A DNA stretch of 64,000 nucleotides, from positions 15,998,001-16,062,000 of the forward strand of contig NC_087245.1 in assembly GCF_037042905.1 (NCBI RefSeq), written 5' to 3'. The position numbers and the translations under genes were made by a program. Position 1 is the stretch's first letter; every line of letters starts with the position of its first letter. The DNA is from Lytechinus pictus (lineage: Eukaryota). This document shows positions 14,426 through 27,596 of the stretch, piece after piece. The notes under the pieces were generated by a model. The model searched no databases. It was not told the DNA's origin and saw only the letters and a list, made by a program, of their open reading frames with translations.

Positions 14426-15861
14426 AAGATATGTTATCTTTTTACTTTTATCCCACATTTTTCGAAGAATTTTGATCAGTGATTCAAACTTGGACGTCCT
14501 ATCTGGTGACAAAATTAACTCTCTGCATCGTTTTCGTTTGCTTCTATTGTTGTTAATTATCCCGAGTGCAGCTTTCAAAATTGCAATAATTTTTCAGTGG
14601 CAAATTAATTTCAGCTGGCAAGTAATTTCACTCGGGAATAAGCAAGATAAAAGATGGTAGCTGACAAAGCAAATACGTACAGTTCCACAAAAGATCGGAA
14701 ATGCAATATTTTTGAGACCTTGAAATTTATGAATACTGTAACTTCTGTTCGTGTCTCAATTGGAAAACGCCCTATTCAGTTTTCATGCATTCTCATATGT
14801 TTGTTTATTTTATTTCCCTTGCGATTGAAATACGTATCGTGCTCAAACTTGAGTGAAAATGGTAATGAACGACGTTTCTTTAAGCAAAGAGTCGTACATT
14901 ACTCGCTATCAATACTATCATCATGACTATTAATATGCGCCAGAAATTAACAAAGATAATAATAATTTCCGTTCCCGTTGACTTTCACTAGTTTGCAGAG
15001 GTTTCGTATAAAACAATGGAGAATGTAATATCATAGGTTTATTAACACGTAATTGAAACGAATTCCTTATTAATGTCTTTTAAGGAGCGTTTCATATGCT
15101 GTTCTAGCCGTTTACGACATAAAATGTTATATCGCTGTTGTAATGATTCCCTTACCGATGGGACAATCTACCAGGGATGTATTTCATTATGGGTAAATTA
15201 TAACACTCCTGCTGACGATTTAAAGGAAAAGTGGAATCTCAGATCAAGGAGCTTTTGTGATAAATTGATATATGAATCTCCATTTAAAAAAAAAGACGGA
15301 ATAACGAACTACCGAATAACATCTCAAACGACGAGTACTTCCTCCAAATGTGAAATGTGTAGTCCCACATACATGACATACATGTAATATAGCAATTTGT
15401 CTACCCAGTGCTGCTAGTGAGGTGGTGTTTAAGTATATTAGTATATCAACAAGCGATATGAATTATATACTTGACTGCAAAAATATATATTCACCATCAG
15501 GTAGTAGTGATTTTTTAATGCCATTGACCATTCTGTTATTTTTTAAATTAGATAATGCGAAGTATAGAAATAAAAACAGGTGGAAAATATCATCTATGCA
15601 ACGTTTTATTACGACCCATGGAATGTTGTGTGAATGCCCTGGCAACGCATCGTTGTATGAACTGATGAATGCTATAGGATGGTGCAATATTGAGGGGACT
15701 CTTATCAATAAATCAATGCGACTCTTGGTCGGGAAATGGCTCCAATATGGTGGTGATGATAGAGCATTTTGGAAAGACGCCGACGACGCTCATGACATCG
15801 ACGATTGTATTTTGATTTGAACAGTCGTCAGCCCACAAATAAGGGTGCCCAAGGTATTAGG

Positions 15862-15865
<4 letters not shown>

Positions 15866-15912
<47 letters not shown>

Positions 15913-15927
15913 TACATATATATATAC
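15866..15927. repeat. (AT)n microsatellite
   Basis: Long AT dinucleotide run. Confidence 0.95.
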
Positions 15928-18900
15928 ATTAAAAGGAGGTAGGAAAGAAATGAATGCATGGAATACGGATCCCTGTGTCAAGAGTGACGAGTGGGTAATG
16001 TTATTAGGTAATACACATAATCCGATTAATTGATTAATCAATCTATTTGTGACAAATAAAATATGAATAGATACATAACCAAGTATGATTGAATATACAA
16101 ACGAAAAGTAATGACTCAAAGAAATAATAAATTTCAGAGACAAAATAAATGATATAGGAATGAACAGTTCTGAACAAAATATAGCTATCTAGTCACATTC
16201 TCTCTCCTTTCTACCCCCCCCCCTCTCCCACTCTCTCTCTCCAACTTTTCCCCTCTCTTTCTCTCTCTTTTTCTCTTTCTCTCACCCCTATCTTCCCATC
16301 AATGTCAGCTAGGTCAGGTTTAATTTCTCCCCTTGCCCACTCACATAAGACAGTCATGTGTCCTTAACCTTGAGATATGCCTGGAGGTGACGTTTGCGGT
16401 AAGTCGCTTCTCACTCCAAAACACTTGGAAATAGAAGACCCAATAGAACCAGTCTGTTGTTTTAAATGCATGTCCACTCGTTAGTGTCTACTTGCTCATC
16501 TGCGTCTGCTTCTATCAAGCAAATAAATAGGGAGCGAGCTAACGTGACATCGCTCTTCTAAACACGAGTTTGGTACTTTTTGGGCTACAATTCCAAATTT
16601 ATTATGAAAAAAAGAAGAGAGAGCTCCACCAGAGGTAATTAATATTATTATTTGATATACACGTAAAAGCAACGAATGAAGCAGACAAATGTCTCAATTT
16701 GAAATATCATAACACAGAAGAGAACGCATTATAAAATTGCAGAAATCAATATTACATTCACTTTTGCCAACCAGGTTGCCTAAAAATTCATGGGCTACGG
16801 ATAAATAGTTATCTTATTTGTAGGGGTGCTGAGCTTTGAAAATGACAAAGACTCATCTATTTGTTTTTAAATTCTCTTCCCTTCTTTATGCTGATCCTAA
16901 GACAGGATGATATTTGGCAAGCAGGCATTTTGGAATGATAACTCGACAAGGTGACAACCAAGAGGGGCATGAGATATCTGATTATCGAAATCTTACTCGA
17001 GATAAATGTGAAATGATATTGGCGTATATAATGGTCGCCATGGTCACTGAGATTCATTATATCATCATGATATGCGATTCTTCGTATGGGAGCAACATAA
17101 CAAATGGCATTATGACTCTAGGCTTTTCCTGCTCATAACGCTACGTCATCTTCACAGTGATACCTTAGGTGCCCTAACACATTTAGTGTCAAAACATGAT
17201 GCATGTTTCATCGTTGAGGTGATATACGAACCGTCACCATTATTCAGAAAAATGACACAAGTGTGTGTTGGTATATGTACATCTTGTGGATAATAAATTA
17301 GCTATTCCAGTCATATTTTAATAATTTCTTTACTTTTTTCTCTCCCTCTCTTTCTTTATTTATATCCCTTCCTCCCCTTCTCTATCTCTCTTTATCTCTC
17401 ACTCTTTCTTTCTTCTTCTCTATGTATTCCTATTTCGTCCCTTCATTTGGTATTTTGTTATTTGCTCTATTATCCCGTATTTTCATATTTTCTTTCTGTC
17501 TACTTTTTCTAGAGTATCTTCTCAAATCTAACCTTTCCTTTTCACCGCAAGAGGGCAGAAAATAATGCGTCATCAATATTTCCTGTTTTTACCCGCTGTC
17601 TGCATGCATTTCAATCTTGCGTGCTGAGTGATGTTGTCCTTTAATTTAACTTGCATCTTTTCGTCGCTGCAGTTTTATCCCATATTCATCGAAACTTATT
17701 CCACCCTCGCCTACTCATTTAATAGTCTTCAGATTGTTTCTCCGCCATTGGAATGCCAATTTTATCAGATTTAAATCGTCATTGGAAATTGTGTTTAGAT
17801 TCATATGTACATTGATACCCCCCCCCCCCCTTTCTTTTAATCTGTATTGTAAAGTATAGGCCTACCTTTGCATACCTGCACTGACTATGTATAAGCACAC
17901 CTGCCGTTGCCCATCTTAATCCCTGTAAGTGCCCCCTCCCCATCACCTTTATACACGATCACTCTCAACACTTTCTTCCTTCCTTTCTCTCTTTCTTTGA
18001 CTGTATGTCTGACCTTGAGGTATGTTACACCTGGTCACCTTGCCCAAATGTCAGCATGAGACTCCGTATGAAGTTGAAAGACATTTCGTCAACCTTGGGG
18101 CTGCTGTTAAAGGTTTCCTAAGCCCGACCCGTGTCGCCTCGCGGAGAAGCACATAATGAATCCCGTGAATGCATAATGCAATGTCGAATGGATTCAAATT
18201 GCACCATCACATCAGATATCCACGGTCTAATTTATGCATTCATGCAGGTACGTACAGCGAAAACACTGGAATGATTTCCTTTCACGTTAACATGATGACA
18301 GTAATAAACTATTTCTATCATTACTAGTAACTTATTCGTCATTGTTTTATTTTGACGAAAATTCCTCCTCGCATAGGCCTCTAATATATTCCCTAGTCAT
18401 TCCCTTTTTAATGGAAAGTGTAGTTTTGGTAAATTAGGGTGGGTTTAAAGACTAGCACACTTTCTGTGAGACCATTTCCACAATATTGCAAAGCAAATTC
18501 AGCACTTTATGTACTAATTCTAAATTCAAAGTTTTGTTGCATAATGGTGGGGGGATTAAATGTTGCCCGACTTTGGTTAAAACAGGGACGGTCTCCCTCT
18601 CACGTCCCTGGTTAAAATGAAAGAATTTTCACGATGTACAGAATTAAATAACTGTCTAATAGTGTGCATACTTTTCCTTATTTTTTTCTTTTTGCTTTCA
18701 AAGTTTAAGTAAATCAGCTCTTGGCATAGCCATAGGTGATTATTATGTAATTCCCCTAATGGTAATTAGATATCCACGACTTTATATGGATCATGTACAG
18801 CATCAAGTTGATCATAACATCGATGTTTTGATAGCTGAACAAAGTGCAAAATATAACGCAAGAGTCGTTTGACATTGGCTCAAAAGGTTCACTATATTCA

Positions 18901-21138
18901 TTAACCCCCTTTCTCTAGCTGCCTCACCTGTTGGCCTGAGTTCGATGTACCTTTAAACAACGCTAGACTGGCGGAAGTCGTCATCCTCAACAACCCCTAT
19001 GTTACATCTGGACTTCGTTAGTGATTATTTGTTAGAGTTGATATTTTTGAGCAGTTCTGACACAAAAGTAAAGAAAAACATAGTCTGCTCGAGATTTCAG
19101 GCTAGTCCAGCAATCCACCTGGGCTTTCATAGGGGTTAGAACTACCCAGATATGTGTATCAGATAATAGTTCAACTGATATGATGATAAGGGAGTAAAAG
19201 ACCAAACAGATAGAAATTGAATAAATGGTAATATAGGTAAATTAACTATTATATTTAGAATAAAGCAACATTATAAAATATGAAAAAGATGAAGTAAGAT
19301 CATACGTAAAGTCCAATTATAAGAGAATAAGGAACTGATAAGTGATTAACAAACATATACACACATATGAGACAATAAATCAATCAATTAGTTTTTGAGA
19401 AAACTAAGAAATTAATGAATTGTGCCTGCATCTTAATATTTAGTAGAAGAAGCAGTCAGATTTGATTCATAATTGCATTTTACTACCACCCCCTACTAAT
19501 GATTTTGAAATCCTTTCTTTCTGTCTTTGAAACTTATTGGCGGCCTACTTTTAAGCAAATTTGCCAAATTTATATCTAAGCAGTTTTCTTTATGTTCATG
19601 TTATTAACTTAAGCATGCATGCCGATTGTTTACATTCCGTATACCAGTCAAAATGATTATAATTATTTCGTTTGTTTTTAGTACCTCGAAATTATCTACC
19701 AACATCCGCATAGTTTCATTTCAGATTTAAACACCCGACCTATTACAAGGTAGAAACTGGAACAAAACAAATTTTGTTGCTGTTGAAGCAGACCGAACAG
19801 TTAATTGACTTTTAATGCACCATCTGCCATCGGTGCATGAAAGCTCGAAAGAGACAAGAGAAATAAAATTGTCAATTATGGTTGTTCAAATGGAAAATGA
19901 TGATATCTGTCACATTTCTTATGAATTATGATTATGACAATGCCATGCCTCAAAAATTTACACTGTCAATGGCATGTATGGTGTCAATCACGCTGAATGA
20001 CATGTTATTTTCCTTCTGATGAAGTTAATTGTTTGATGTTATTTATTGTATTGGCGAAAAATGCAAATAAAACAACTTTTCAGTAGATACAAAATAAATC
20101 CATTACCACAGATGAAAAATTATTAATTTTGAATTTAATTTGATACGATAGAACGATAAAAACTATTGAAATTTCATTCAAAGTTCATCGATAACAGGAA
20201 CATAGGACTACAGTATAAAGAGATACATTTACATTTTTAAGATAAAAAACATTAATAAATGAATTGAATAACATTTATACAATCTTAATTCATATCTTGC
20301 ATTATGGGGACACCGTATTAACGACATCAGTGCGTTTTGGGGCGACTACTTGTCATACCAAAAAATGTATTCTTTTCATCTTTTTTTCTCGTTGTATCAT
20401 TTGGGAATTGACTTACTCCTGTTTTTCTGCTTCCGAGAAACAAGTCCATAAATGTCGTCCTGCTACAGTGCAGACGTAAAAAAAATCTTAAGAAGATTAA
20501 AAAGAAAGTAAATCTCGTCTCAAGAGAGATGAAGAATGAATGCTTTTAGACCATGTAGACACTCACCGATGTTTACTGTGGTAGCAATGTTTAGTGTTCT
20601 TATCTATTTTTTAGAGGATTTGAAGATGTCCAACGCGTGTTATTAAGACGTTTATATCTAAGCAATTTAAGTGCGAAATATGGCATATTTATAACTCTCA
20701 GTTTCATCCATGCTGTATACAATTGTTAATTTGTTTAGAATAACATTGCTTATCGTGTTGTCATTCAAGGTTTCTATCATGAAATAAAAAGTTTTAATGT
20801 CACTTGGATCAGAATGCATCATCGTCGCGCGAAGGATATTTCCCAGGCAGATGAAGATGGTGGAGAAATGTATCAAGATAATCCCGTGGTTTCTCCACTT
20901 CTATAGTATTTATAGACAAATCAACGATCAAATTATGAAACAATGTTATTATTTACAGCATTAAAAAATCAATTTTGTATGCGTTTATCGCCATACCTTT
21001 TAGGAACATTCGACATTATGACGATATTCTAGACTAGAAAGTAGAAATCAACGAAGAGGCTACAATATCGTAAATATCATATTCAATTTTATATTGGTTT
21101 CATTATTGACTAACATTCATGCGTTGCATACTCTAAAC

Positions 21139-21164
21139 CATGGACCTACTACAACAGGTCCATG
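21139..21164. mobile_element. Tiny CATGGACCT...AGGTCCATG palindrome (same family as the 57182 copy; no visible flanking duplication)
   Basis: catggacct-actacaac-aggtccatg; the flanks tctaaac/atttacg do not match. Confidence 0.4.
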
Positions 21165-23905
21165 ATTTACGCTAGCGGGGAACTGTAATTCGATTTCGCT
21201 AATTACAGGGAAACGCTGTGAATACCGTTCCACTAAGTTGATGGAGGGAATTATATTTCAATTAAAAGACACAGTACGTGTAATATGATGAATCCACTCG
21301 CTTCATGACTTTCAAGTCATCAACATGGACAGAGTCTTTCACAGACCTATAAAGAGATCGACTCCGTACTTATAGATACTCGACTTATTCAGGATAATGG
21401 TTTTACACTCTGGAAAACACAGAATGGACAGAAAAACCAACAGAAGCTACTGGTTTTGTTTGCTGACATTCCTGGGATTTACTACATGGTTGGGGACAAT
21501 GGGATCCAATTCAAAGTAAATAGATTCTCCTCGAAATATTATTAGTAAATATTTATATTCTGCCATTTGTTCCCTATTCCTGCCATCCACCCCCCCCCTT
21601 CACTCTCTCGCTCTCTCTCTCCCTTATTTTTTCTCTTTCCTTGCTTTCATCATGTTCATCGAATTATTATCATACAGATGACACTTCGATGTAAATGAGG
21701 AAGGGGTTAAGTTTAAGTCCTGACAAATCATGGCTTAATGCCATCATTTCAGGAAGTGGTTTACATTGAATTATGTACATGACTTATCATGTTAGCTAAA
21801 AAATATTGACTAAGGAAGATTAATCTGCTACAAGTTTTCTCGCGTGACAACGGTACATAACAAATTTAAAATATGAGTAGGTATGATAGTATATAAAGTC
21901 TAGGCCCAGTCTTGCAAAGAGTTGTGATACACAGATTCAAATCATTCTCAAATCGAGATTGATCTTAAATTCATATCTCTGAACGACACAAATTTAAGAC
22001 AATCACAACTATTAATTGAGATCGAATGAAGGACATCGTAACACATTGTAAGATGAGCCAACATACAGGCATGCTTGATGGTGGTGATATATATTTTTTT
22101 ACCTGATTGCCAAGAAAGCATGAATCCTTATAATCAAGCAACCAGAGGACAGACGGCTTAAGGTCCTCTCCGAGATTGTTTAACAATCTCTTATGATTAA
22201 AAGTGAACATTTTGAAGCTCATCGTCTCCTCCTGTTTACTTATCATCTCTTTCTTCATCATCTTCTTTCGAAGTCTTCTTTCCCTCTCCTCCTCCTCCTC
22301 GTCTACCTCGTCCTCCCATCGTTCATTGAACTACATGTATCATTATGATCGTGACCATGCATTAACTCGAAGTTCAAAGTGATGTTAATATGCCAAGGAA
22401 ATAAAAGCCGTTATCTGAAAACTTAAGGTTACTTATAAAACATTGACTCCTTTGACTCTCCACTTAACATGTTAAAGGAGACTTAATGTCGCCATATTAG
22501 CTAACTTCCCCAGCCTGAAGTGTATGTATTCTGATAAGAAACCATTATACCAACACTAATAATTTAGTTACGGAAACTATTAAGCATCCCGTCCGTCTGC
22601 CGACCATGTTATCGATCACTTATTATCAATTTATTATGATCTTGGTTAAAGCGATAATGTTATCCCTCGCCTGAAGTAAATATCGTGATTCGACATCACG
22701 TTCGAGTATTGCCTACTGTCTGAAAAGCTGTGATTTTAAATGGTTGAAAACGGAATGTCAAATAATGCTAATCATCGCTTTATTTGTGAGTGTTTGCAAA
22801 ACAAAGATCTTCTTAGAGAAATAAACATTAAAGAGTAACGTTTCATGTTCGCTTTCCAAATTCAAATATTTAATCAACCTTAAGGTATTAGGTCGGCCCT
22901 ATTGAAAATTGGGTAAAAATCTGTGCCAGCTTCAACTAATGGTTTGCGGTTAAACTAAATAAAGTCTTTACTGTTGAGGAGTCTATTGAATTCCCTTTCA
23001 ACGGTTTTGGAGGGGTATTTTCCGGTTTGCGTTACGAATTATTTCCCCAACTGACCGTATTCATATCAAGTATAAACAAATGGGTTTTTATAATGACTTC
23101 ATTAGGGCTATTACAAATGAACCCCTACTGTTATCAAACTAAACATTTACATTTTAGCGGTCGACGAAACGGTAGTTGTGTGTGTGCATGGTGTGTATCT
23201 TGTAATCAAGAGTACGGGTGTGCAAGCCGTGCAAAAATGCGTCTCGATGATGTAAAAAAAAAATATGGAGTGGCGTGAAAAATACGTATCCCGTGCAACA
23301 AGTCGAACGCATTCCTCGGCGAGTTGCCGTACAAACTGCCAAGCCCGATTATTAATAGTGCTGAAATTATACTGATATGACGGTAATTGTGGCTGAATTG
23401 AGAGAGATTTAAGTGAGAATTAATTCAGCTCGCACAGCCAAGGCAATAAGTCGTCGAGTCAGGCCCTCCGTCGCACAACCCTTGCATTTTCTTCACCTTG
23501 TTCGACATGCGCTGTAGGAAAGTTATAATACCCTTTACACGATAAATGCATTTTATACCATAAAATACACTGACATGTCTATGCGTGTTGTTGTTTATAT
23601 TATATGCACATACGTATTAACATACTGACGCTAATACTAGCAAGCAACTGACTAACCACCTATTTTTAATTCAGGGTCAGGCGGCAGATAAATATTAGCA
23701 AGTAAATAATTTTTACGATGATCGCCAGATAATGACCATAAAATTGTTGAAACAAGATCGCGTCACATGGCGTGGACTTTCACACTATTTACCATGTAGA
23801 CCACAATATTGACAACTGCAACGCCCTGGGAAATTCAGATATATGATGTCATAAAATTCTGAAACAATACACATGTATCAAAGAGGATATAGTATGAAAA
23901 CTTAC

Positions 23906-24170
23906 CGATTAGCTGTCCCGATGCTTGGCGAAAAAGAACACACTGAAGTAGAAATGAAATAAATATAAACTGTACAAAAGTTGATGTCCACGATGACAGT
24001 CTCAATGCCGACGTCGCCGACCCTGGTGACGAACGCGACGATGATAGTGTTGCTATTGGCAATAATAATGGATGCCTTTTCAATCTTCGCCGATAACGGA
24101 AATTGGCATTTCTAGATTTATGTACCGTATTTTGAACGTTAGTCACATCGGACGATAGGTGTCTGTGCAT
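23906..24170 (-). CDS. Probable first coding exon (long signal peptide) of a secreted or membrane protein; remainder of the gene not identified
   Basis: ATG in aagATG context (alternative in-frame ATG at 24224). The peptide has a basic n-region (RYRRRLKRH), a hydrophobic h-region (FVQFIFISFLLQCVLF) and an A-S-G|Q cleavage-like site. It is followed directly by a consensus donor ATCG|GTAAGT in phase 1 (265 nt = 88 codons + 1). Confidence 0.65.
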
Positions 24171-25269
24171 CTTCGTGTCTCTTACGCCTCCCTGCGACAA
24201 ATCGAATGTTTTCACCTCGTGCATTATAATACGCTATCCTTGATAGCAAAGATATGGTTCATGTTGCCCTGGCACTTTCTCCGCGTTTTTATTTTCTTCC
24301 TCAGAAGGTTCACATTTCTTCTAATCCCTTCGTGTCACGGGGATAATCTCATATTGAATGCAATAACTTCGATAATCTGCCTAAGATATTTTCATTCAAC
24401 CCGGATCCGATTGATGAGAAGGGAATTACTAATTCAATAGACCGCCCAGATTTGTTTTCTAGCGTACACAGCCTCTTTCTGCCCGCTCCTCTTTCAAAAC
24501 CCTCAAGTCAAACGGAATATGTTGACGATCAATTGGTTTCTTTCTTTCTTCTCCTCTATTATCCAACACCGAATTCCTAATATTCACAATCAACAACGTA
24601 AATATAAAGATTTAGACTTTCCTCGCCTCAAATGTCAGCCGGTTTGGGCAATTTAGAATGACGCATCAGACGGCGGATGCTCTCCAAAATTCGAGGTATT
24701 GTCGGGTTTTAACCACCAACCTTTTATGTTTCTTTTTCTTTATTTTGAGCAAGTATCCTCGCCAAAATCTGCAAAAAACGGCTAAAATTCAGACAATGAG
24801 TAGGCAAAAAGTTGAACCTGTGTGTAGCATGTCCTTGTATTGGAAAACTTCAGAGGATGGATTCGAGAATTAAAGCGGGAACGGGTATTCTAAAAAGAAT
24901 AAAATTGAATCTCCCCCTCTTCTTTTCAGAATTTACGGCTAAAATGTCTTGAAGTAAGCGCTCATTAAAACTCTTTCGGGCCAAACAATACCATTTGAGA
25001 TAGGACGTCTGAGGTCTGGGAAGACGAAAACACCCAAAATAAAATGATATGATCGAAGACTGATATTTGTTTTCAAAATTCAGTTTTACTCTTCCGGAAA
25101 GGATGAATTCTTGACGAATAGAATATATTCCCCTCAAAAAGAGTTCGATGTTTGGTAGATGTTCTGCTTGACTGAGGGTGATCCAACTACATAGCAAGGT
25201 AATATATCCAGGTGATGAGGTAAAGGTAGATATAAAGTATTTTCTTTTTTTGATTTGCGTAAGATGCTC

Positions 25270-26090
25270 TCAGGATCAGAGCTCCGCGCGTGTCGGCGGT
25301 CCTGTACTGTTTTCAACGGCGACGGTATTCCCTGCTCTCCTGGCGGACAGGTTGCTGCATCTCATGAATAAATGATGAGGCAAGGCCGCAAGGTGTTCCA
25401 CGTGCGTTCTCTTTGCTCCCTCTTCTCTCGTATGCTACCGTACCTTCCACCCTTGAGGGTTCCAGTGCTACGGCATTTCGCTCCGGTCGGCTTGAATCGT
25501 GCGTCAACCCACCCTGACCGAGCCAACCTCGACTTCAGAAGGCTTAAAGATCCAATGCGTACGATGTGAAGGATTTCGACTGCAGTTTCTAATCCGGACG
25601 TACGCGGATTCTTGCGAAAGTATTGCTGCAATACTTCTCGTGTACACCCACAAAACGGAATTACACGCGAGAAAGAAGATTCAGAAAGTAGGGTTATCTT
25701 CAGATGAAAGTAAAACGTTGCGGCCAGAAAGAAATGGGTTACCCGTTCTCTCCTCTCACTCCACCGCCGCACACCCCGGGGGTGAAGAAGGGCTTGCGTT
25801 AGGGCGATCTTCTCCTTATTCGCACGTCTCTCCTCAAATAATCCGTATAGATTTTCACTTCAAGTGGGTGTATCGTTCCTTCGTCTTGGGTTAGATTCTT
25901 AGTTTGTCCTTATATAAAAAAGAGTGGATGTTCTTTTTCCTCGTATCGCTCGCTCTCAAACAGTACACCCCGCTGTATCTCGGAGCGCCAACCTGATCCG
26001 ACCCCTACCCGCTGGGTCCCGCAGACTGATATGATGATCTAAACCCAACAGATAGTTGAATGGGTGCATGCAAGCGAACCGCACGGCTCT
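25270..26090 (-). promoter_or_regulatory. CpG/GC-rich promoter and 5' leader region of the minus-strand gene
   Basis: Visibly GC/CpG-rich against the AT-rich background. Inr-like TCAGTC on the minus strand at 26029-26024, TATA-like TATATAA at 25916-25910, and GA/CT-rich tracts upstream. Confidence 0.45.
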
Positions 26091-27560
26091 CTTTATTTTC
26101 TCTCTTTCTCTTTCTTTCTATCTTTCTCTCATGCACACTCCCTTTCTCTCTTGGTTTGTGTACATGTATGCTCAAGTGCGCAATAACAGAAGGATCGGGA
26201 AAGATGATGAGCTTTGTGTAATGATCTACCCCCCTTCCCCCATGCTATAATTACACACGACAAGGAAAACCAGCATTCCATTATCTTTTCATTATACAGA
26301 AAATACTCCCTTGCAACAATTAATATAAAGCTGTAAATTAAAATATTTTTCGGGATAAGATTTACGAAAATGAAACGATTCATTGCTAATACGAAGATAT
26401 AATACCAATTTTCCTGGCAAATTTAAAGAGTGTCGTCACACCTTGGTAAGAGGATAGATAATACTCTGGCTAATGTCACAGAAATAAAAGGAAGTATGTT
26501 AAGGGATAGGGTATCGGCTAAATACCTAACGGGAAGCAAAAAAAAACCAAAAACAAACAACAAAACAATGAGATGATTATTTATTTATGCTGTTTGCCAT
26601 GTTAACCAAAAGTAGGATATAAGTCGATGAAATTATACATAGAAAAAAAACCTCTGTATGTGATCTTTTCTTTTGATATTTTGTTTTCGGATGTTCCAGT
26701 GCAAGGGTGGAGGATTTTGACCTTTCACTTCGTTATGCACAAGATGGGCGGTGTGAAAACCATCGAGTCAATGACGTCACAACTTACCTTTGTGCTTAAC
26801 ACTTACCGCTATTCCGTGAAATATTACATTTGTAAAATAAATATGCGTTTGTGATTTTTTTTCATCCACCGCGAGAAATTAAAACGATGGTTAAGATAGT
26901 TTGGGGCAACACCAAAACATCAACAACGAAGTTTTTTTTCTTCATATTTTGAAATTCAATATAATATAGTGTATACATTACAGTCATTACCCTACTTTTG
27001 TCTGAACCACTCTAACCAATGTGAACCTCCGGTCTGTTTATGTTTATTTTGTCTTTGTTCAATGAAGATGAATGCACATGTACATATATCTGTGACGACT
27101 CGCTCCATACCTACACACGCTTTTGGTTTTACTTCCCTGCTATATTCTTCGACAAAAAAGGACCAACAAAGGTTCATAACCACAAAAAATGGGTTAAATG
27201 AACAATAGGACAAAATGATTGCCAAGACCTTTGTCCTAAAGATCAAACATTCATTGTAAAGCATGGCCGAACCCCACCCTCTAGAAAAGCATGTGGATGC
27301 TTGCATTTCTATATCTTTCCAGGGGCATGTTGCAGAGAGCGTTGTAATTGATCGCAACTCGACGAATCGAATATAACTTGATTTTCAACGAATCAAAACA
27401 GCACATTAGGACTTGCGTTTGAATTTTCCGTATCGTTTTAAGTGCATTTCTTTTCTGCAAATCACCTTCACCCCTGATTAAGGAAGAATCTCAATATCCA
27501 TGTCGACGCCACGAATAATGTGTGAAACTGTTTTATTTGCGTATTGTGTATTATATGATT

Positions 27561-27596
<36 letters not shown>

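Noticed and set aside
12618..15820. Several 80-138-aa ORFs in AT-rich sequence
   Set aside because: No domain motifs or coherent splice structure; composition is typical of random ORFs in non-coding DNA.
20555..20640. Possible second exon of the minus-strand gene (donor-like CG|GTGAGT near 20566)
   Set aside because: No good acceptor giving an open frame compatible with the phase-1 intron was found.
25134..25894. Cluster of overlapping 60-136-aa ORFs
   Set aside because: Expected in a GC-rich leader or promoter region; none resembles a known protein and most start at non-ATG codons.
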